Positions 25,799 to 32,000 of a DNA stretch of 32,000 nt are shown here, in pieces. A program made the translations under genes and the position numbers. A model generated the notes under the pieces. That model did no database searches and had not been told where the DNA came from. It was given only the letters and a program-made list of their open reading frames with translations. Every line of letters begins with the position of its first letter. Position 1 is the first letter of the stretch. The stretch spans positions 1,350,001 through 1,382,000 of the forward strand of contig NC_007484.1 in the NCBI RefSeq assembly GCF_000012805.1, in the 5' to 3' direction. This DNA comes from Nitrosococcus oceani ATCC 19707 (GTDB taxonomy: Bacteria > Pseudomonadota > Gammaproteobacteria > Nitrosococcales > Nitrosococcaceae).

Positions 25799-27256
25799 TT
25801 AAGGGAAACCGGCACTGAGACTGATGACGTAAGCCCCAAATAATTCTAGGGCGGAGGCTGGCATCAGGCCTAAGGCGATAATACCGAAAGCCAACACCCC
25901 AGCGGAGGCGAGCTCCGTGCCATGCAGGTCCTTCAAAGCGCGCATTTCAGGTCGAACCGGGCCGGTAAATAAACGAACGATAGTCCGCATGGCATAGGCA
26001 GCGCTGATGACTACACCGAGACTAACTAGCAGTACCCACCAACCCCAGCGTTCGAAGCTGCCGATGAGCGCATGAAGTTCAGCCGGAAATCCAACAAGGC
26101 CGGGTAAGCCTATCGAAGCCAGCAAGGCTAACGTGGTAAACAGGGCAAATTTAGGCATCACTTGGACCAGCGAACTGTAATCGGCGACCTCACGGCTGTG
26201 AGTTCGATCGTAGAGTAGGCCGATTAGCAGAAACAGGGAGCCGGCCACCAAGCCATGGGCGATCATCTGCATGGTTGCGCCCAAAAAACCCGCTTCATTG
26301 AGGGCGGAGATACCCAGAATAACAATCCCCATATGGCTAATCGAGGAATAGGCGATCATGGCTTTGAGATCGCTCTGGCGCCAGGCTAGTAACCCTCCAT
26401 AGACGATACTAAACAGTGCTAGTCCAGCTAATAAAGGCTGAAGGGCGAGGGCTGCGTCCGGCAGCATTCCGATAGCGCGAATAAGGCCATAGGCCCCCAT
26501 TTTTAGCAATATGCCAGACAGCAGAATACTCACGGGGCTTGGTGCCTCCACATGGGCTAAAGGGAGCCAGCCATGGAGGGGAAAGATAGGGACCTTAACT
26601 CCAAAGCCAATTAACAGCCCTAGAAATACCAGTATTTGCTTATCCAGGGGCATTTGGGAGGCGGCCTGGGTCATGGCGGCGATGGTAGTAGAGTGCTCGC
26701 TGGATGAAGTGTAAATTATCAGTAGGCTGACCAGCATGAATACGGAGCCACCCATGGTGTAGAGCACGAAGTTCAAGCTAGCCATCTGCCGGCGTTTGCC
26801 GCCCCACTGATCGATGAGAAAGAACATTGGGATTAGGGTCAGTTCCCAGAAAACGTAAAATAGCGCCCAGTCTTCGGCCATGAACACGCCCAGCACGCCG
26901 CATTCCAGCACTAACATGGCAATATTGTAGCCCTTGGGGCGATCAGTCATGTTATAAGAGGCCAAAATGGCAATGAACGAGAGCAGTGTTGCCAGCAGTA
27001 CCATGGGCAAGGCGAGGCCATCCATGGCTAAAGCATAGTGACTCCCCAGCTCTGGATTCCAGGGTTTCAGTTCCACAAGTTGAAACTCGGGACTACTGGC
27101 ATCAAAGACTAACAATAGGGAAAAACTAAGGATAAGCACGAGCGCTGATACCCCCACCGTAGTACGGCGTATTAAGAGAGATTTATGGGGGGGCATGAAT
27201 GCGATGATTAGTGCGCCGATAACCGGCGTAATTAGAATTAGGCTAAGAAATCCCAT
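25799..27256 (-). CDS. NuoM/NdhD/MrpD-like antiporter-type membrane subunit, first gene of the DAB-like operon
   Basis: 485 aa. Has ALAMDGLALPMVLL, FYVFWELTLIPMFFLIDQWGGKRR and GFGVKVPIFPLHGWLPLAHVEAPSPVS, the canonical NuoM pattern. Confidence 0.88.
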   Translation of the reverse strand: MGFLSLILITPVIGALIIAFMPPHKSLLIRRTTVGVSALVLILSFSLLLVFDASSPEFQLVELKPWNPELGSHYALAMDGLALPMVLLATLLSFIAILASYNMTDRPKGYNIAMLVLECGVLGVFMAEDWALFYVFWELTLIPMFFLIDQWGGKRRQMASLNFVLYTMGGSVFMLVSLLIIYTSSSEHSTTIAAMTQAASQMPLDKQILVFLGLLIGFGVKVPIFPLHGWLPLAHVEAPSPVSILLSGILLKMGAYGLIRAIGMLPDAALALQPLLAGLALFSIVYGGLLAWRQSDLKAMIAYSSISHMGIVILGISALNEAGFLGATMQMIAHGLVAGSLFLLIGLLYDRTHSREVADYSSLVQVMPKFALFTTLALLASIGLPGLVGFPAELHALIGSFERWGWWVLLVSLGVVISAAYAMRTIVRLFTGPVRPEMRALKDLHGTELASAGVLAFGIIALGLMPASALELFGAYVISLSAGFP

Positions 27257-27336
27257 TGTCTCAATTCTTATTTGTGTGGCTAGGATAGACAGGCGTATGC
27301 AGATTCGACTTTATAGAGTTAGGACTATTACACATA

Positions 27337-27346
27337 GGGCATGCCC
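27337..27346. promoter_or_regulatory. Perfect 10-bp palindrome GGGCATGCCC upstream of the minus-strand operon (candidate operator)
   Basis: Self-complementary 10-mer about 80-90 nt upstream of the ATG at 27256, embedded in AT-rich sequence. There is no functional evidence. Confidence 0.25.
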
Positions 27347-27511
27347 CTTTAAAGATATATTTTGAGTTAAAACGATATTGCGGAAGTATCTTTAACAAAG
27401 AATACTTTAAGCAAATTTTATGCCTATCATTTATTTGATAATAATAATTTGCTGAACTATAAAAGAAAATAAGGAACTAATGCCAAATTTTCGAGACTAA
27501 GGATCAAAAAA

Positions 27512-27549
27512 ATGGTTTATTTAAACCATTGATATGGTTTATTTCAACC
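27512..27549. promoter_or_regulatory. Tandem 16-nt repeats ATGGTTTATTT(A/C)AACC, each containing the dyad GGTTTA-TT-T(A/C)AACC (candidate transcription-factor sites)
   Basis: Copies at 27512-27527 and 27534-27549 differ at one base and start 22 nt apart. They sit in the 416-nt divergent intergenic region between the DAB-like operon and the DUF938 gene. Confidence 0.3.
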
Positions 27550-27672
27550 GATAAAAAAAACAGAGGGTGATTTGCCCCATTTCATGGCCAGGTATATTCT
27601 TTTTTAGCGGAGTCCTTTGCCCTCAGTGAGAGGGCTTCAGTCACGCTATAAACTTTAGAAATTTCAGGTTGA

Positions 27673-28299
27673 ATGTGGATGAAAAATTTTTCACAGGCGT
27701 GTGAAAATAATAAAAAGCCGATTTTAGAGATATTAAAAATCGTGCTTAAAGGGCCTGGTGAGGTATTAGAAATCGGAAGCGGCTCGGGTCAGCATGTGCT
27801 GTATTTTGGGGAGCATCTCCCCCACTTGAACTGGCAGCCGACCGAGCTACCGGCTGGGATAAGTGCATTGCGGGATAATTTAAGCGCAGCCCCCCTTGAG
27901 AACATTCTGATGCCGAGGGTACTCGATGTTTGCCAGTACCCCTGGCCCATAAGCTCTGTCGCTAGCATCTTTACTGCTAATACTTTACACATAATGGCTT
28001 GGCCTGATGTTCGGCATTTTTTCAAGGGTGTCGGGCGGGTACTTAATCCAAATGGCTTGCTATGCATTTACGGGCCATTTCGCTATAGTGGGAACTACAC
28101 TAGCGAGAGCAACGCCTATTTCGATAGGTGGTTGAAAGAGCGAAATCCTGCAAGTGGTATCCGAAATTTTGAAGACGTCAACTTTCTTGCCCAGGAGCAG
28201 GGATTAGAACTACTTCATGATTATTCGATGCCGGCTAATAATCAATTAATAATCTGGGAATTAAGACATTCATTGATGAAAAATCTACCAGCATGTTAA
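27673..28299 (+). CDS. DUF938-family class I SAM-dependent methyltransferase
   Basis: 208 aa. Has NKKPILEILKIVL...VLEIGSGSGQHVLYF (motif I) and LNPNGLLCIYGPF...FDRWLKERNPASGIRNFEDV, typical of the DUF938 family. The start is at 27673 or 27679. Confidence 0.8.
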   Translation: MWMKNFSQACENNKKPILEILKIVLKGPGEVLEIGSGSGQHVLYFGEHLPHLNWQPTELPAGISALRDNLSAAPLENILMPRVLDVCQYPWPISSVASIFTANTLHIMAWPDVRHFFKGVGRVLNPNGLLCIYGPFRYSGNYTSESNAYFDRWLKERNPASGIRNFEDVNFLAQEQGLELLHDYSMPANNQLIIWELRHSLMKNLPAC

Positions 28300-28474
28300 C
28301 CATGCTTGGTATTTACGCTGTGATAGACAGAGAGAGTATGCTTTAAATAAGGTTAAGACTCCTCGCGATATAATTTTTGAGCTGAGGAAGGGCATCCTTG
28401 CCTATAGTGGGGAATAGCCTTAAGCTTTTACAGTATTGGGTTTAGCATTCGAAATAGACAGGATCGAAGGCGAT

Positions 28475-31150
28475 ATGGCGGAGAATAAGGCGCAGACCAT
28501 TGAAGATATCGAGGCTCAAGAAACCCGGGAATGGTTGGAGTCTCTGGATTATGTCTTGCAGCAAGGCGGCCCCCAACGTACGGTACGGCTGCTGGATCGT
28601 TTGCGGCTTCATGCCCAAAAAGCAGGGGTAAGCCTGCCTTATCCGGCCAACACGCCTTATATTAATACCATTCCGGTGGAGCAAGAGACTTCTTTTCCTG
28701 GCAGTCAGGAAATCGAGCGGCGTATTCGGAGTTTGGTGCGCTGGAATGCCATGGCCATGGTAGTGCGGGCTAACCGGGAAGAAGAGGGGATTGGTGGCCA
28801 TATTTCCACCTTCTCTTCAGCGGCTACCCTCTATGAAATTGGTTTTAACCATTTTTTCCGAGCCAGAAATGAAGAGCAAGAGGCCGACATTGTTTATTTT
28901 CAAGGCCACGCCTCGCCGGGTCCCTACGCTCGCGCTTTTCTTGAAGGCCGTTTATCCGAGCAGCAGCTGGAAAACTTTCGCCGGGAGTTGAAACCGGAAG
29001 GAGGCTTGCCATCCTATCCCCATCCTTGGCTCATGCCTGATTTTTGGGAATTCCCCACGGTCTCTATGGGACTTGGTCCCATTATGGCTATTTATCAAGC
29101 CCGGTTTAACAGTTATTTAGAGGACCGGGGGCTGAAAAAACCCTCCGGACAGAAAGTTTGGGCCTTTATTGGGGATGGGGAAACCGATGAGCCGGAAACG
29201 TTGGGGGCGATTAGTCTGGCCGTCCGGGAACGTTTAGATAATCTTATTTTTGTCGTCAACTGCAATCTCCAGCGGCTCGATGGCCCGGTGCGGGGCAACG
29301 GAAAGATCATCCAGGAGTTGGAAGCTATTTTTCGAGGTGCCGGCTGGAACGTTATTAAAGTGATTTGGGGTCGAGATTGGGACCCGTTGCTGGCCAAAGA
29401 CTATGAAGGCGTGCTGGTCCGGCGGATGGAACAGGCCGTCGATGGAGATTATCAAAAGTACGCTGTTGAATCCGGGAGCTATATTCGCAAACATTTCTTT
29501 GGCACGGATCCTCGCCTTCAGGAGATGGTCAAACACCTTTCGGACGAGCAATTACGCCGCCTGCGCACGGGAGGGCATGATCCAGAGAAAGTCTATGCGG
29601 CTTATAAAGCGGCGGTAGAGCATCAGGGTTCACCGACCGTCATTTTGGCTCGAACCATTAAAGGCTATGGCTTGGGTGAGGCGGGTGAGGGAAAAAATAT
29701 TACCCACCAGCAAAAGAAATTAAATGAGCAGGAACTTCGTGATTTCCGGACTCGCTTCGGCATTCCTATTTCTGATAACCAGGTAGCTCAGGCACCTTTT
29801 TATAAACCGCCGGAAGAGAGTCCGGAATTTAAATATCTGCATGAGCGCCGCCAGGCTCTAGGCGGTTATCTACCGGCGCGGCAGGTGCGCGATGAGTCCC
29901 TGCAAGTGCCTTCCGAGGAGTTTTTCGCTGAATTCCATGCCGGCACCGGTGAGCGGACCATGGCAACCACCATGGCTTATGTCAGAGTGCTGACCAAATT
30001 ACTCCGCGACCCTGAAATCGGCAAGCTCATTGTCCCTATTATCCCCGATGAGGCGCGCACCTTTGGCATGGAATCCCTTTTCCGCCAGGTGGGAATTTAC
30101 TCCCACGTGGGCCAGCTTTATGAGCCAGTGGATAGTTCCACCTTGCTCTATTATAAAGAAGCCACTGATGGGCAGATTCTGGAAGAGGGAATTACCGAGG
30201 CGGGTTCTATGTCCTCCTTTATTGCCGCGGGTACGGCCTATGCCACCCATGGAATCAGCACCATTCCTTTTTTCACTTTCTATTCCATGTTTGGCTTTCA
30301 GCGCATTGGGGATCTCATTTGGGCGGCCGGGGATATGCGCTGCCGGGGCTTCCTGGTGGGGGCAACAGCGGGCCGCACCACGCTTGCCGGCGAAGGGCTT
30401 CAGCATCAGGATGGTCAAAGCCAAGTGCTGGCCTATTCTGTTCCTAACCTGAAGGTCTACGATCCCGCCTATGCTTATGAAATTGCGGTCATTATCCAGG
30501 ATGGCATGCGCCGTATGTATCAACAGCAGGAGGATATTTTCTATTATCTAACGGTGACCAACGAGCTCTACCCCATGCCAGAGATGCCTGACGGGGTTCG
30601 GGAAGGCATTTTAAAGGGCATGTACCGGCTGAAAACCACCGCGAACCCGGATGCGAAGCTGAGGGCGCAGCTTTTTGGCAGTGGCGCTATTTTAAATGAA
30701 GTCCTTAAGGCCCAGGCGTTGCTGGAAGATTATCAGGTGGCGGCAGATATTTGGAGCATTACCAGCTATAAGGAGCTTTACTTGGACGGTCATTCCGTAG
30801 AGCGCTGGAATATGTTGCATCCGCTGGAATCGCCCCGGGTGCCGTATGTGAAACAATGCTTAGAAGAAGCCCCGGGGGTTTTTGTGGCCGCTTCCGACTA
30901 CTTAAAGGTATTACCGGACTCAATTTACCGTTGGTTTCCTAGGCCGGTGGTTGCCTTGGGGACGGATGGATTTGGCCGTAGTGACGGCCGCCGGGCGTTG
31001 CGCGATTTTTTTGAAGTCGATGCCCGGTTTATTACCCTGGCGACCCTGGCGGCGCTAGCCCGTGAAAAGAAGCTGGAGCCAGGGGTGGTCCAACAAGCGA
31101 TTCAGGATCTGAAGATCGATCCAGAAAAAGTCAATCCCATGATTTCTTAA
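28475..31150 (+). CDS. aceE: Pyruvate dehydrogenase E1 component, homodimeric AceE type
   Basis: About 891 aa from the ATG at 28475 (MAENKAQTIEDIEAQETREWLESL), preceded by GAAGG; the track start at 28436 is a TTG. The ThDP motif GDGETDEPE...NCNLQRLDGPV and full-length collinearity match AceE. Confidence 0.95.
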   Translation: MAENKAQTIEDIEAQETREWLESLDYVLQQGGPQRTVRLLDRLRLHAQKAGVSLPYPANTPYINTIPVEQETSFPGSQEIERRIRSLVRWNAMAMVVRANREEEGIGGHISTFSSAATLYEIGFNHFFRARNEEQEADIVYFQGHASPGPYARAFLEGRLSEQQLENFRRELKPEGGLPSYPHPWLMPDFWEFPTVSMGLGPIMAIYQARFNSYLEDRGLKKPSGQKVWAFIGDGETDEPETLGAISLAVRERLDNLIFVVNCNLQRLDGPVRGNGKIIQELEAIFRGAGWNVIKVIWGRDWDPLLAKDYEGVLVRRMEQAVDGDYQKYAVESGSYIRKHFFGTDPRLQEMVKHLSDEQLRRLRTGGHDPEKVYAAYKAAVEHQGSPTVILARTIKGYGLGEAGEGKNITHQQKKLNEQELRDFRTRFGIPISDNQVAQAPFYKPPEESPEFKYLHERRQALGGYLPARQVRDESLQVPSEEFFAEFHAGTGERTMATTMAYVRVLTKLLRDPEIGKLIVPIIPDEARTFGMESLFRQVGIYSHVGQLYEPVDSSTLLYYKEATDGQILEEGITEAGSMSSFIAAGTAYATHGISTIPFFTFYSMFGFQRIGDLIWAAGDMRCRGFLVGATAGRTTLAGEGLQHQDGQSQVLAYSVPNLKVYDPAYAYEIAVIIQDGMRRMYQQQEDIFYYLTVTNELYPMPEMPDGVREGILKGMYRLKTTANPDAKLRAQLFGSGAILNEVLKAQALLEDYQVAADIWSITSYKELYLDGHSVERWNMLHPLESPRVPYVKQCLEEAPGVFVAASDYLKVLPDSIYRWFPRPVVALGTDGFGRSDGRRALRDFFEVDARFITLATLAALAREKKLEPGVVQQAIQDLKIDPEKVNPMIS

Positions 31151-31165
31151 GAAGGATATTGTCCT

Positions 31166-32000
31166 GTGGCGCGTGAATTCAAGCTTCCGGAATTGGGCGA
31201 GAACATTGAATCTGGCGATGTGGCCAAAGTGCTGGTGTCTCCGGGAGATACCCTGGAAAAAGATCAGCCAGTATTAGAGCTTGAAACCGACAAGGCCGTG
31301 GTGGAGATCCCTTCAACGGCCAGCGGTAAAATTAAGGAGCTAAAGGTTAAAGCGGGAGATCAAGTAGCAATCGGCCAGGTTATTCTTACCTTGGAAGAAG
31401 GAGGAGAAGAGGCCCAGGAGGATGTCCCCGCTGCTAGAGAAGAGCCGAAGCCCGAACAGGAACACAAACCCCCTGAAAAAAGCGCGGCTGCAACAGGTCA
31501 CCAGCAGCCGACAACAGATGTTTCTCCGATAGAGGCTCGTGGGGAGGGAGGAACGGAGCGAGAAAAAATTCCGGACTATGAGGCGACATCCTCGGCGCCT
31601 GCCCCGGCAACCCCGTCGGTACGCCGGCTGGCCCGGGAACTCGGCGTTGATATTCATGAGGTTGCAGGGTCTGGCCCGGGTGGGCGGATTTCTGGGGATG
31701 ATGTCAAACATTATGTCCGTGCCTTGATATCACAACGGCCTGCCCCCTCGGCGTCGGCGGTGGTTTCTCGGGCGAGCCCTTCCCTCCCTTTGCCTTCGTT
31801 TGAAAAATGGGGTTCGGTGGAGCGGGAGCCCATGAGCAGGGTTCGCCGCAAGACAGCAGAGCAAATGAGCCAAGCCTGGACTATTCCCCATGTGACCCAG
31901 CATGATCAGGCGGATATCACCCGGCTTGAACAAGCCCGGAAGCGTTTTGCCAAGCGGGTAGAGCAAGCAGGCGGCAAGCTCACCCTGACCGCTATTGCCT
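31166..32000 (+). CDS. aceF: Dihydrolipoamide acetyltransferase (PDH E2), 5' partial, runs off the window
   Basis: Not in the ORF track because it has no stop in the window. A GTG at 31166 lies 15 nt after the aceE stop. The translation gives a lipoyl domain (LELETDKAVVEIPS, Lys codon 31292-31294), an Ala/Pro/Glu linker, an E3-binding domain (PSVRRLARELGVDIHEVAGSGPGGRI) and the start of the catalytic domain (RVRRKTAEQMSQAW). Confidence 0.9.
   Translation, partial: MAREFKLPELGENIESGDVAKVLVSPGDTLEKDQPVLELETDKAVVEIPSTASGKIKELKVKAGDQVAIGQVILTLEEGGEEAQEDVPAAREEPKPEQEHKPPEKSAAATGHQQPTTDVSPIEARGEGGTEREKIPDYEATSSAPAPATPSVRRLARELGVDIHEVAGSGPGGRISGDDVKHYVRALISQRPAPSASAVVSRASPSLPLPSFEKWGSVEREPMSRVRRKTAEQMSQAWTIPHVTQHDQADITRLEQARKRFAKRVEQAGGKLTLTAIA

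Noticed and set aside
17696-27256. Interpreting the nuoL/nuoM-like cluster as a second complex I (NDH-1) fragment or an Mrp Na+/H+ antiporter
   Set aside because: The operon has no NuoA/H/J/K or peripheral-arm genes and no MrpB/C/E/F/G-type small subunits. Instead it contains a DUF2309 protein with a carbonic-anhydrase-like site. The DAB-type interpretation fits better.
27619-27635. Short hairpin GCCCTC-AGTGA-GAGGGC upstream of the DUF938 gene, and an imperfect hairpin over its stop codon (about 28288-28310)
   Set aside because: The stems are only 6-9 bp, one of them with a bulge, and there is no adjacent T-run. These are indistinguishable from chance structures.
28442-30523. ORFs within aceE: antisense (- strand) 28442..28801, 29113..29397, 29234..29551 and 29999..30523, and out-of-frame same-strand (+) 30030..30452
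   Set aside because: aceE is collinear with homodimeric E1 enzymes throughout. The overlapping ORFs give low-complexity products and are best explained as shadow frames.
31340-31966. Two minus-strand ORFs (123 aa and 78 aa) in the last 700 nt of the window
   Set aside because: The plus strand here encodes an obvious E2 acetyltransferase with lipoyl, E3-binding and catalytic domains, starting at the GTG at 31166. It is missing from the track only because it has no stop in the window. The minus-strand ORFs are Arg-rich shadows of the Ala/Pro linker.

Overview
This is a chromosomal segment from a respiratory, probably autotrophic proteobacterium. Gene content resembles gammaproteobacterial chemolithoautotrophs, but the taxon cannot be assigned from the sequence alone. 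There are four blocks. (1) 1-5.1 kb, + strand: a polysaccharide/LPS-type cluster with a SAM methyltransferase, two paralogous GT2 glycosyltransferases flanking GDP-L-fucose synthase (fcl), and a GT4 glycosyltransferase. (2) 5.9-17.4 kb, + strand: one tightly packed respiratory operon. It holds alternative complex III (actABCDEF), a small coupled membrane ORF, an A2-type haem-copper oxidase (coxB, coxA, coxC), and a subunit-IV protein fused to a C-terminal cytochrome c domain. (3) 17.7-27.3 kb, - strand, convergent on block 2: a five-gene operon in which a 1125-aa DUF2309/DabA protein with an intact beta-carbonic-anhydrase-like metal-site pattern sits among one NuoL-like (DabB-type) and three NuoM-like antiporter subunits. 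This is the most interesting part of the window. It looks like an expanded, complex-I-membrane-arm-like version of the two-gene DAB/MpsAB inorganic-carbon pump. (4) 27.7-32 kb, + strand: a DUF938 methyltransferase, pyruvate dehydrogenase E1 (aceE) and the 5' part of E2 (aceF), which has no stop in the window and so is absent from the ORF track. By eye I found no rRNA, tRNA, CRISPR array, transposase or integrase. Several starts in the ORF track are longest-ORF TTG/GTG extensions; I give the starts I consider more likely.
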